Shown piece after piece: positions 49,959 to 61,102 of a DNA stretch of 64,000 bases (positions within the stretch are counted from its first letter, which is position 1; every line of letters begins with the position of its first letter). The translations under genes and the position numbers were made by a program. The DNA comes from Piromyces finnis finn. Taxonomy: Eukaryota; Fungi; Neocallimastigomycota. The stretch lies in NCBI GenBank assembly GCA_002104945.1, contig MCFH01000064.1, positions 1-64,000 on the forward strand, given 5' to 3'. The notes beneath the pieces were generated by a model. That model searched no databases, was not told the DNA's origin, and saw only the letters and a program-made list of their open reading frames with translations.

Positions 49959-52283
49959 ATGTATTCAAATTTAAATATATTAAAATGTTACAATACTTCA
50001 GATAATGATGCTCATGGTTTAAATTTTATTCTTAAATTATTTAACCGTATTTGGGATGGAGATTTCCCCAACTCATGGAATGAATCCAGTATTGTTTCTA
50101 TTCCTAAGAAGGGAGATTTGACAGATTGTGATAACTATCGAGGTATATCACTTATCAATAATGGTATTAAGTTGATTTCCAAAATTGTCACCACTAGAAT
50201 CTCAGAATATGGTCTAAAGAATAATTTCATTAGACCTGAACAATTTGGTTTTCGAAAAAAGGAAGAAAGTATCAGTCTTTTCATTTCAATCCAAGAAATA
50301 TGCCGTAGACGTCAATTAGATAATAAAGAGACATATTTGGCCTTTTTAGATCTCAGGAAAGCATACGATTCAGTCCCAATCGGTAATATTCTCCATAAAT
50401 TAGATTGTTTAGGAATCCGAGGTAAGAGTTTACAATTTATCAAAAATTTATATTTAACATCTAAGGCTAATGTCAAATTAGATGGACAATTCTCGAAATC
50501 TTTTGATGTGAAGAAAGGAGTCCGTCAAGGTTGCCCACTTTCTCCTATTCTTTTTAATCTCTTTATTAATGATATATTTAAAGAGTGTGAAGATCTCGGA
50601 GTCAGTTTAGGTGACACTCGATGCTGTGGTGGACTTTTTGCAGATGATATAGTTATTTGTGCTCCAACAAGAGGATGCTTAAAAAAGATGCTTAGAAGAG
50701 TTAATGAATGGGCCTTGTATAATGAAATGGAATTTGGTATCCAGAAATGTTCAACGATGGTGATTCGTCCTGAATCAATAGAAAATCAGATCAAGAGAGA
50801 TCCAACATTTTACTTAGCAGGACAACCCATTCCAACTACTGACTGCTACACTTATCTTGGTGTTCCATTTGATAAGAATTTGTCCCTTAAACCAGTAATT
50901 AAAGTTCTTAATAACAAGGTTTTGAAAGGACTTTTCTCAGTCAGTAAATTCTTAAGAAATCCTAATATTCCTATTCCTTTCAAAAAACTAGTACTTAACT
51001 CTCAAGTGATTAGCAGAGTTTCATACTTTGCACCATTACTTGGATCCAACAAAGCTAGGTCTAGGATTGCTCAGAAGCATGTTAACAAAGGAATACGATG
51101 GGTTGCCGGAGTTCATAAAGCTGTATCGTTTATATCTTTATACTCTATCTCAAAAGATTTGAATATTCCTCCATTGTCAGCCAAATGTGCGTTAGCTCAG
51201 GTTAGATGTTTTAACAAATGGAAAAACTCAAATTGTATTATCTCACACCTTGTCAATTACATTCCTAAATTTAGAAAATACACGTGGTGCAAATCAAGTA
51301 GGACACTTGATAAAAAACTAAAGAAACATGGAGATGTTAAAGCAGTTAAAAACTTTTATTGGAAAGATCTCAAAGGGAATTCAATCAAAGCGCAATATTA
51401 TGATGATAATAAATTTATTGAAACTAAAGATTTTATTAAATTATGTTATGAATACCCAGAGTTTGCCTATGGCTTCTACTGGCTCTTGAAAGCAAGAAGT
51501 GGATACAAGTTGGATGCTAGAGTTGCCAAAGCTGCTAAATTTGTTGATCCAGTTTGTCCTAACTACTGTCCATGTTGCAAGTGTGGTGTTCAAAGTATTA
51601 AACATTGGTTATTAGATTGTCCAACATTTAGAGATATCCGTATTAAACATTATGATTCCATAGTCCAGCTACTTAATTTTTTCAGTCAACGTAATTCCAA
51701 TAGTCCTATCAATAATAATGAAATTGATAATATCAGTAGAGATAGCAATAACATTAATAGTAATAGTAACAATAGTAGTAATAACAATAGTAATAGTAAC
51801 AATAGTAATAATAACAATAGTAGTAATAGAAATAGTAATAATAACAATAGTAGTTATAGAAATAATAATACTAGTAATGATAGCAATAGTGAAGATAATA
51901 ATTCTAATTTAGATAGTAATTTAATTAATGATAGTAATAGTTCTAATAATCCGGTGAATATTAATGTGTATGATTATTCTAGTGTGTGCAGTAAAATATT
52001 TAAATTCCTTCTTGGGGGAAGAAGTTTTAACAATATCAATTACAATTCAAGGGAATGGAAAGAACTTTGTAAGCGTCAGATTCAATCTGGTACTAATGAA
52101 GGAACACCATTCTTGACGGTAACCGCGGAACTTCTAACCAAAATCATGCCTTTTGCTATTGGCCAGCAATGGTCAATGTTCAAAAGGTTTGAAGCAACAT
52201 CCAAGAGCGTCAATGCTGAAGAAACAGTAAGACAGGCCAGGAGGGCCAGCGCAACCAATGGAGATCATAATTTTGTTCCATGA
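49959..52283 (+). CDS. LINE ORF2 fragment: complete RT domain, thumb and C-terminal CCHC knuckle; no endonuclease
   Basis: KKGDLTDCDNYRGISL, QFGFR, AFLDLRKAYDSV, GVRQGCPLSPILFNL, FADD, YTYLGV, CPCCKCGVQSIKHWLLDC. The start codon lies in flanking host DNA. Confidence 0.9.
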   Translation: MYSNLNILKCYNTSDNDAHGLNFILKLFNRIWDGDFPNSWNESSIVSIPKKGDLTDCDNYRGISLINNGIKLISKIVTTRISEYGLKNNFIRPEQFGFRKKEESISLFISIQEICRRRQLDNKETYLAFLDLRKAYDSVPIGNILHKLDCLGIRGKSLQFIKNLYLTSKANVKLDGQFSKSFDVKKGVRQGCPLSPILFNLFINDIFKECEDLGVSLGDTRCCGGLFADDIVICAPTRGCLKKMLRRVNEWALYNEMEFGIQKCSTMVIRPESIENQIKRDPTFYLAGQPIPTTDCYTYLGVPFDKNLSLKPVIKVLNNKVLKGLFSVSKFLRNPNIPIPFKKLVLNSQVISRVSYFAPLLGSNKARSRIAQKHVNKGIRWVAGVHKAVSFISLYSISKDLNIPPLSAKCALAQVRCFNKWKNSNCIISHLVNYIPKFRKYTWCKSSRTLDKKLKKHGDVKAVKNFYWKDLKGNSIKAQYYDDNKFIETKDFIKLCYEYPEFAYGFYWLLKARSGYKLDARVAKAAKFVDPVCPNYCPCCKCGVQSIKHWLLDCPTFRDIRIKHYDSIVQLLNFFSQRNSNSPINNNEIDNISRDSNNINSNSNNSSNNNSNSNNSNNNNSSNRNSNNNNSSYRNNNTSNDSNSEDNNSNLDSNLINDSNSSNNPVNINVYDYSSVCSKIFKFLLGGRSFNNINYNSREWKELCKRQIQSGTNEGTPFLTVTAELLTKIMPFAIGQQWSMFKRFEATSKSVNAEETVRQARRASATNGDHNFVP
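49981..49995 (+). repeat. Target-site duplication, left copy (TAAAATGTTACAATA)
   Basis: Identical to 52565-52579. Confidence 0.93.
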
Positions 52284-52518
52284 TAAAATTTCGATCTTTG
52301 GCTCGGTGTCCCATTGGAAGTCAAATACAATTATTATACTTTAGTATGATAGTGGCTTTCTTACTTTAATTAAAATTACTAGAATACATTATACCCAATT
52401 TTTATTCATTTGTGTTTATTTAAACATATTTTTTTTATTTTTATTTTATTTTAATTTTTATATTTCATGTATTATAATTTTAATTAAATTAATAATAAAG
52501 TTTAAAATATTTGATGCC

Positions 52519-52564
<46 letters not shown>
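49996..52564 (+). mobile_element. Young 5'-truncated non-LTR retrotransposon (LINE) with A43 tail
   Basis: Uninterrupted RT ORF, AATAAA at 52494-52499, poly(A) at 52522-52564, flanked by an identical 15-bp direct repeat. Confidence 0.95.
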
Positions 52565-52566
<2 letters not shown>

Positions 52567-52579
52567 AAATGTTACAATA
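52565..52579 (+). repeat. Target-site duplication, right copy (TAAAATGTTACAATA)
   Basis: Immediately follows the poly(A) tail and is identical to 49981-49995. Confidence 0.93.
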
Positions 52580-53058
52580 AATTTAAATTTACTACCTTTT
52601 TTTTAAAAAAAAAATTTATAGTTATAAACAAATATAAACTAATAAAGAATAAGATTGTAATTATATATCTGTAATTTTTGTTTTATTTTCAATAAAATTT
52701 ATCTTTTATTCCACCAAGTACCAGTTAATTATAATAACCTAAAAATTATATAAATAATTAATTAAATTTTTTAATTATTACTTATAAATTAATTTCCTAA
52801 TGAAATAAACTTTTTTATATACAAATTATATTTTCCATAGTTAAAGGAAAAAAATATAATAAAAACATTAATTTATAATTACTATATCATTTTTTTTTTT
52901 TTTTTTTTTTTTTTAATTTTACTTTTACTTTGTAATTAATATGTTGATATAAAATTTAAGTAAAATAAATTCATTAATTTTTGATTTTATTTTTAATATT
53001 GTTATAAATATTATATATTTGAAATTTAAAGTTATTTATAATATTCTAAAGGTTTATA

Positions 53059-56000
53059 ATGAATGAATATTATATTTCAAAAACTCCAATTGTAGAGAAA
53101 CTTGTAATTAAGGCAACTGATCAAGAATCTGTTGATGAACCATTGTTTACTAAGGAGATAAAGGATACAGACACAGTTAAAAAAAAGAAAGTTAGTTTCG
53201 GTGCATTACCATCTTTACATGATTATTTAGATGATAATTATTTTAAAGAATATGATAATTGTTTTCGGGGAAATTCTTTTAATTCCAATAAGTACAAAAG
53301 ATTATCATCTATTGAAGTCAATAAATTTGACTTGAAGAAAACAAAAAAAAGATCATTTAAAAAACGAAAAAAACAAGTTCCAATAAATTATTTTGAGGTA
53401 CAATATTCAAATTATTCACTATGTTCAAATAAAAAGAATAATGGTAGTGTTAAAAATATATCAAATAAAGAAAATGAAAAGGTAGATTATAAATGCCAAA
53501 ATAATATTATAGATACGTATCATAAAAAACCTTTTTCAGTAATTGACAAAAAATATAGTTCTTTAGCTAGAAATGAAACAGATAAACATATAAATTCTAA
53601 ATTAGATGATGAAAAAAAAAAACAACTTTTTAGTAGTAGTAATAATTCTCATTTAAATAGCAAAACTTTAATAAAAGGAAAAAATGATATTATTAAAAGA
53701 AATAAAGAAAAGAGATCAATTTTAACTGGTGATTTGATGGATAATCAATCTTCTAAAAATAATGAGGAAGAATATTTTTCAACAGAATTAATGCTCCAAG
53801 ATACTGATGATATTTTTCATATTAATGAAGATCTTTTTACTCCTGAACAACATAATGATATACTTTTACTTGAAAAAAATAATTATAATATTGCAAATTG
53901 TAAAAATCTGGAGTGTTTTAAGAAGAAACAGTTAGATAAAGTAAAAAACTCTGAACCATTAACTAAAACATCTATAAATGATACAGAAGATATGAAAATA
54001 GATGGAGATGATAATAAAATAAGTGTATATAATGTTTGTCGAAGAAGAAACCTTAAAAAAATTTCCAATATAATGAATTTAACTAAAAATATAACAAAAA
54101 ATAAAAGTATATGTATAGATTTTGATTATTGTGATAGTAGTAGTGATTCAAGTTCATCCTATTCAAATGATAGTAGTTATCAAAAACACAAAAAAGAATC
54201 ACATTCCAACAAGAAGAAACATGCTAGCAATAAAAATGAAAAAATAAATGATAAAGGAAAATATGATCATTTAATGAAAGAAAGTAATACTGTAGACGAA
54301 AAAAATATTGATAATAGTGCTTATGATTTAACATATAATATACCAATATCTTTCCAGAATAAAGAATTATTTAAATTTGCAAATGAAATATATAAAGGAG
54401 AAACTGAAGCATCACAAAATATAGTGCAAACTGAAGAGGAAAAAGAACTCGAGGAAGAAAGGTTAGCTCTTTTAAAGTATGTATTGCCTAATTTAAAGGA
54501 AAATGATCAAATAAGAAGAGATGAAATTATTAAAAAAAAAAAACAGATACAAAATGTTAAGAAAATATTTAATAAGAAGAAGGAAGAATATGAAGAAAGG
54601 GAAGAACAAATAAAGAGAGAAAGAGATCAAAATATTGATACAACAGAACAAAACCTAAAGATGACAAATGTTATTAAGGCTATTATTGAAAGATTAAAAA
54701 ATAATAAAAATAGTTTCAAATTAAATAAAGACATGTTTCGTAAAAATAAGGATGATAAATTACGTAATCTCCCATTGGAAGAATTAAATGCTTTATATCA
54801 TAAAGAATTAAATGAATTAGAAGGGGATGAATATAAAATTATTCCTTCTAATGTTAAGCAAGAAATTATAAGAAAAAATATAATAAAAAAGAGGTTGATT
54901 ACAGCTCCTCGTATGAAAGCATTTGGTATAAAGAGTAAATTTGATAAATCAAATGAAAATGATAACGGATTAAATATAAAGACTCCATCTATGTATATTG
55001 AACTTCAACACATGTTTAGTGATGAATACAATACATTAAAGAAAATATTAAACCATAAAAAGCATCATAGTGTTGATTTACTAACAAATTTAGATACTCC
55101 TTCAGAAAGTATTATGAGTAAGGTTGATAAGTTAAGAAATGGTGTTGTCAGTGAAAGAAATTTACACGAAAATGATGATGACGATACAGAAAAAGAGAGA
55201 GATCAACTTCATAATCGTAGAAAATCAAAAATTCATTTTCATAATCAGCATGTCCATAATTCTCGTAATCGTCACAGCCTTAAACCTAATGAAGATATTA
55301 AAAGAAAAGATATTGAAAAGGATAGTATAATGAAGAAGCATAGAAAAATGTCACACTTAGGTTCTATTAAGAAATTTAAATCCATTAGATTTTCTAGTAC
55401 AGTATTAAATAGTAATAAAACCATGAAAGTTTTAAATCCATTAAATACAAAATCAAAATTATCCAACGAAAAAATAAATGAATTAGAATATATAAAAAAT
55501 AAATCAAATTATATAATAAAAGATACAATTGTGGATAATAATAAGCATAATGCTATACCAACACCATATGGTTCATTAGATTATGATTTGTATATAGCAT
55601 GCAATCAACATAAATATTTCAGAAAGATTCAAAAGACTATTAATAAAAAGAAAAGGGAAGAAAATATTTTAAGAGAAAGAAGAAAGAGTAAATTTTACAT
55701 TATTCAGAAAAACAAATCATTAGCTAAGAGTTCTAGATTATTAAAAAGTCAAAGTATGAATACAGCTAATTCAACAAGTGAGGAAACTTTTATTGATGAA
55801 GATAGTAGCATATATACTACTTCTGTTTATAACCCAGAAGCTTTAAAAAAGGCTATTATGAATAATATTTCTAAAAAAAATATTAATTTATCATGTAAGT
55901 TATTTAATAATATTAATACTAATACTTTTGATGTAGATTCATCTAAAGCAATAGAAGAAAAAAAAGAAAATAATGATAGCATTTTAGTTAACAGTAATAA

Positions 56001-57963
56001 AGCAGATGCTTTTATAAATTCTCTAAATAGTAAGGATAAAAATAATGAAGCTAATTGTAATAATACTTCATCTTCATCTAAAACAATTACAACAACAGCA
56101 ACAACAACAGCAGCAACAACAACAACAGCAACAGCAACAGCAACAGCAACAGTAACAGCAACAACAACAACAACAACAACAACATCAACTAAGGTTTTAT
56201 CATCAAATAAGCTAAATGAAGAAAAAACTGAATCTATTAAAAATATTTGTGTTAATAATAAGGAGAAAAACAATTCGAATATTATTAATAATAAAGCTCA
56301 AAAAGGAAATACTAATAATAATATTACCAAAACAAAAACAAGTGAAAATGATACAAAATTTAATAATAAAAAAACTAAAAAGAAGAATGAACTTCTTAGT
56401 AATAAAAAATCTGTAGATAATCTAATGCCAAAAACAGGAGGAAACGGGAAATCTAAATCCAAGACAATGACTAAATCAATTCTTAAATCAAAAACTCCAA
56501 CTAATAGCTCAAGTAATATAAGACTAAAAAAAGGAAAGAAAGATTCAAAACTTTCTATTTCAACATCTTCAATAATAAAAAACAATTCTGAAAAATTAAA
56601 AAATAATAAGTGTGCAAATTTAAAGAATAATGAGGAAGCTAATGCAGGAAAAGAAAATAATGATACTACTACTACCACCACCACCACCACCACTACTACT
56701 ACTACTAATAATAATAATAAGTTGAACTGTATACAATTAGAAAGTGAGAATAATTTAAGTGGCAATAAAAGTATTTTAAAAAGTGCATCAAGCTTTTCAA
56801 AGAGATCTAGATGCAATAGTAAAAAACAAAAAGTATTATTTAAGGATTTAAATATTGATGATAATGAAGTTATTGTAAATATTTTGAGTAATAATTTACC
56901 AAAAAATACAGATGAAACTGAATATATTCGGGTAAATAAAGTTGATTATAGAAATGGAAGTCCCTCACTAAAGAAATCAAAAAATAATAATAATAAGTCA
57001 GAAATTGTTGAAGAATTTCAAAAAATTAATGAAAACACTAAACGTACAGTATATGCATATGTTGGTTTAGATAGAAATGTTAACTTTTATGATTATGATG
57101 AACTTCTCGGTAATATTGATATGGTAATGCCAAAGGACAAATTTTACCAAGAAATATCTGTATTTGAAGATACAGAAAAATTTAAGGAGTCTATGAATAA
57201 TGAATTATATAATCGTTATAAAATTAGGCCGCATACTGATGAAGGTATTGATATAGAAAAGATGAACGAAACAATAAATTGTGCATTTTCAATTATGGGT
57301 TATAATCGTGAAAGAAGAAAATTAGTAGAAGATGAAAAAACAGTTTGGCATAAACAAATTAATGAAGCTACAGATTTGTATGATAAATTAATAGAATTAG
57401 GTGTAGATATTGATAAAAGAATTCTTATAAATGCATTAGTTAGTCCAAAAGATGTATTACACATTAATAAAGATAATAATATGTTAAAAGATAAAATACG
57501 GAAAGAGAATGGTAAAAATTCTTCTTCCACTTCTGCTACATCCACTTCTCCTCCAACATCACCTTCATCATCTTCTGATAATAAGCATAAAGGATCATTA
57601 TCTAAAAATAGTATTTCATATAATTCTTTCCAATTCAATAATATTACAACAGACATATATAATAAATATAATTCAGTAAAGGCTAAAGTTAATACTTATA
57701 ATGAACTTATATATAATTATAGATTAAAAAGATTAATGAAGCAATTTATTAAAAAACGTAGACAATGTAAGAAAGAAATTAGAGAAAATAATATTATTGA
57801 ACTTCCATTTATTTCTTCTTTTCCTCGAAGATATAAATATGAAGATAATGAAAAATACCCTGTACAAGAATATAATTACTTTTATTCAGATAATTATATA
57901 AATCCATATCATAATTATAGATGTTTATTTTCAGATGACACATGCATATTCTATAGTTATTGA
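53059..57963 (+). CDS. Large intronless low-complexity hypothetical protein (1634 aa) with candidate PP1-docking motifs
   Basis: A 4.9-kb open frame in very AT-rich DNA is unlikely by chance. K/N/S-rich with Thr runs and a coiled-coil-like segment. No folded domain recognised. Confidence 0.75.
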   Translation: MNEYYISKTPIVEKLVIKATDQESVDEPLFTKEIKDTDTVKKKKVSFGALPSLHDYLDDNYFKEYDNCFRGNSFNSNKYKRLSSIEVNKFDLKKTKKRSFKKRKKQVPINYFEVQYSNYSLCSNKKNNGSVKNISNKENEKVDYKCQNNIIDTYHKKPFSVIDKKYSSLARNETDKHINSKLDDEKKKQLFSSSNNSHLNSKTLIKGKNDIIKRNKEKRSILTGDLMDNQSSKNNEEEYFSTELMLQDTDDIFHINEDLFTPEQHNDILLLEKNNYNIANCKNLECFKKKQLDKVKNSEPLTKTSINDTEDMKIDGDDNKISVYNVCRRRNLKKISNIMNLTKNITKNKSICIDFDYCDSSSDSSSSYSNDSSYQKHKKESHSNKKKHASNKNEKINDKGKYDHLMKESNTVDEKNIDNSAYDLTYNIPISFQNKELFKFANEIYKGETEASQNIVQTEEEKELEEERLALLKYVLPNLKENDQIRRDEIIKKKKQIQNVKKIFNKKKEEYEEREEQIKRERDQNIDTTEQNLKMTNVIKAIIERLKNNKNSFKLNKDMFRKNKDDKLRNLPLEELNALYHKELNELEGDEYKIIPSNVKQEIIRKNIIKKRLITAPRMKAFGIKSKFDKSNENDNGLNIKTPSMYIELQHMFSDEYNTLKKILNHKKHHSVDLLTNLDTPSESIMSKVDKLRNGVVSERNLHENDDDDTEKERDQLHNRRKSKIHFHNQHVHNSRNRHSLKPNEDIKRKDIEKDSIMKKHRKMSHLGSIKKFKSIRFSSTVLNSNKTMKVLNPLNTKSKLSNEKINELEYIKNKSNYIIKDTIVDNNKHNAIPTPYGSLDYDLYIACNQHKYFRKIQKTINKKKREENILRERRKSKFYIIQKNKSLAKSSRLLKSQSMNTANSTSEETFIDEDSSIYTTSVYNPEALKKAIMNNISKKNINLSCKLFNNINTNTFDVDSSKAIEEKKENNDSILVNSNKADAFINSLNSKDKNNEANCNNTSSSSKTITTTATTTAATTTTATATATATVTATTTTTTTTSTKVLSSNKLNEEKTESIKNICVNNKEKNNSNIINNKAQKGNTNNNITKTKTSENDTKFNNKKTKKKNELLSNKKSVDNLMPKTGGNGKSKSKTMTKSILKSKTPTNSSSNIRLKKGKKDSKLSISTSSIIKNNSEKLKNNKCANLKNNEEANAGKENNDTTTTTTTTTTTTTTNNNNKLNCIQLESENNLSGNKSILKSASSFSKRSRCNSKKQKVLFKDLNIDDNEVIVNILSNNLPKNTDETEYIRVNKVDYRNGSPSLKKSKNNNNKSEIVEEFQKINENTKRTVYAYVGLDRNVNFYDYDELLGNIDMVMPKDKFYQEISVFEDTEKFKESMNNELYNRYKIRPHTDEGIDIEKMNETINCAFSIMGYNRERRKLVEDEKTVWHKQINEATDLYDKLIELGVDIDKRILINALVSPKDVLHINKDNNMLKDKIRKENGKNSSSTSATSTSPPTSPSSSSDNKHKGSLSKNSISYNSFQFNNITTDIYNKYNSVKAKVNTYNELIYNYRLKRLMKQFIKKRRQCKKEIRENNIIELPFISSFPRRYKYEDNEKYPVQEYNYFYSDNYINPYHNYRCLFSDDTCIFYSY

Positions 57964-58382
57964 AATAAATCATTAGCAGTTTTTCATTTTTTTATCTTAT
58001 AAATATACATATAATGTTATGTATATTAATTATTTTATTAAGTAATGTTAGGTTACTTAAGCAAGAAAGCATTAAAATAATTTTTTAGCATTTCTATTTA
58101 TATAATGATAATGTGCATGTGCATATAAATAGGAGTATTTAGATATAATGAAATAAACCATTTTAATTTTATAATACTATCTATTCAATCAATTTTTTTT
58201 TCAAAAGTAATAAATGTACAATGTATATTGAAATTAATGAAATTATATTAAAAAGTAAGAAAATTATTAATTAAAATACATATTAAAAGCTAATATTTCA
58301 ATGAATACATTTATAAATGCATTACATTTAATATGTCATTATTAAAAAAAAAATTTACATTTTTATACACTATTATGAATTA

Positions 58383-61102
58383 CTATATCTTTTTACCAAT
58401 AGCTTCAACAATAAAACCGATTTTCTTAAGTTTATTGTGATTTAATATTAAACGACCATCAAATATAAATGCTGGTTTATTCATGTTATTATATATATTT
58501 TGGTAATTCAATGTAGTAAATTCATCCCATTCTGTACAAATAATGATTGCATCTGATTTATGTGCTGCGTCATATGCAGAATCACATATAATAGTATTTG
58601 ATATATTCTCTATATATTAGATATTATATTTATTAAAAATGAAATTTAATAAAGAATATCAATAAAATAATTTAATTATTTTGAAAAATGATAAATTATC
58701 GTATAAATATAATTACCATTAAATTCTTGTGGATCACTGTTTTCTTTAATATCATAATATATTTGTTCTTTTGTAACTTTAGGATCATAAATTTTTATTA
58801 TAGCATTTTCTTGTAGTAAAGCCATAACGATTGTTATTGCTGCTGATTCCCTATTTTATAGATATAATGTTGACTTATTAATAAAATATTCGAAATTACA
58901 AAATTGAAATATAAATTTAATTTTTTCATAATAACATTACCTAGTATCTTTAGTATTTTTTTTAAATGAAAATCCAAATACAGTAATACTTTTTCCAGAT
59001 AATGTATTAAAAAGCCTGTTTAAAATATTTTTAATAAATTTTGTTTTTCTATATTCATTCATTTTTATGACTTGCATCCAATAATCTGCCACTTCTGGAA
59101 GTTTAAATACATTACATAAGTAGACTAAATTTAGAATATCTTTTTTGAAGCAACTTCCACCAAAGCCTTAATAAAAATATGTATCATAAAATAATTGTTA
59201 GCATGGAATATTTGAATAATTTCTCATTTCTTATTAATTAAATTCTTATTATGAAATATATAATAAAATAGATATTTTTCTTTATTTATATATACTAAGT
59301 ATAAAAAATAAAAAAATTATTAATTTTTACTTACCAATGCTTGCATTAAGGAATTTTGAACCAATTCTTGTATCTAAACCACATGCATATGATACTTCTT
59401 GTATATCAGCACCCACTTCTTCACAAAGGGCGCTAAGAGCATTAATACTTGAAATTCTTTGAGCTAATAAAGCGTTTGCAGCCTAAATATTAAATAATAA
59501 TAATAATAATATAATAATAATATTATTATTATTATTAAAATAAATATTAATCATTTGATGTATGTTTTAGTAAAGATAAAATATTTTTTTAAGGCGTGAA
59601 GATATTTACTAGTTTTGATAATTCACTAGACCATAAACTCATTGTTATTATTTTTTCTTTAGGTATCCAATAAGAATATAATTGATATAAAAGATTTTGA
59701 GCTTTAATGCCTTCTTTTGTTTGAAGTCCACCAATTAACACTCTATCCGGATACAATAAGTCATTAATGGCGGTTCCTTCAGAAAGAAATTCGGGATTTG
59801 ATAAAATCTCAAAATGACATGAAGATTTTTCATTTTCAATGTTACGATTTTTTTTAAGTTTAATTTCTAATAAATCATCAAATATTGATTTATTTAGTTC
59901 TTGCTCTTGTCCTTGATAGAAAGTATTGGATTCACTACATGAATCTATATCCGTTAGAGTAGAATCATTATTCGAAATAGATGAAGAATCCATTGAATTA
60001 TTATAATCATCATTATTATTTATATTATTTATATTATCATTATGATAATTTATATTAAAGTTATTAACATTGAAATCTTCATTTTTAATATTTAATTCCG
60101 AATTATAATAATAATAATTAAAGTTATTTGATTTATTTATTGAGTTACTTATATTATTATTATTTTTGCTATGATTTTTTGGTGATAAGGTTTGTTTATG
60201 GGATAGTTTATTTGAATCTAGTATTGTTCTAATATGCTCTGCAGTTCTACATGGTACTGTTGATTTTTCAACAATAATTTTTGAATTTTTTGAAATTTGA
60301 GCAATTTTTCTTGCAGCACATTCAACATACCTATATATTTCATTATAACATATTTTAAATTATTTTTAATATTTATTTATACAAATATTATAATATTTTT
60401 TATATCAACATTCTGATTTATTATATTAATTAAAAATATATACTTTAAATCCGCTGCTTGTCCAGCACCGAAACCTTTCTTTTTTGTTGGTGTTCCAACA
60501 GAAATAAAAATAATATCTGAAGCATCAATTGAGGAATTTAAATCTGTAGTAAAAAATAAGTTTTTTCCTCTTTGCTTTTTAACAATATCTTCAAGTCCCG
60601 GCTCATATATTGGAAGCTTTATATAGAAATGGTTTTATTTTAATGTTTATATATAGAATTATTTTTGATATTATTAATATAAATATTTTTAAAATTTACT
60701 TTGGTAACTTTATTTTTTTTATATTTATTTTTTTATTCCATAATTTATTACTTTATCAGAATTCCAAGCATTTATTTTTTCATGAGAGATATCACATACA
60801 GTTACTTTTACCATGTTTTCAGGACATTTATAAGCCATGACGGCACTTGAAGTCCCACCTACATATCCTGCACCAATGAAACAAATATTTATAGGTGTTT
60901 CTAATGGGGAAATCCCAAAAGAACATGTATTTATATTTTCCTTAGTTTTTTCTGAATAAATGTTTTGTGGATATCCAGATATTTGATTAACATTTGTATT
61001 TGATAATATTGAATTATTTGAAAATTCAAATGTTTCTTTAAAATTCTTAATTGAATTAAATTGAGTAATTGGTGAATTAGGTGATATTTGAGAGGATAAC
61101 AT
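58383..61102 (-). CDS. UGDH: UDP-glucose 6-dehydrogenase, 7 exons, with N-terminal extension and large internal insertion
   Basis: [53 protein letters not shown]|[30 protein letters not shown]. Stop at 58383-58385. Confidence 0.95.

Noticed and set aside
52200-52330. Possible hammerhead, HDV-like or twister ribozyme at the LINE 3' end (CTGAAGA, GGCC-rich stretch)
   Set aside because: No matching GAAA core or nested pseudoknot could be built by eye.
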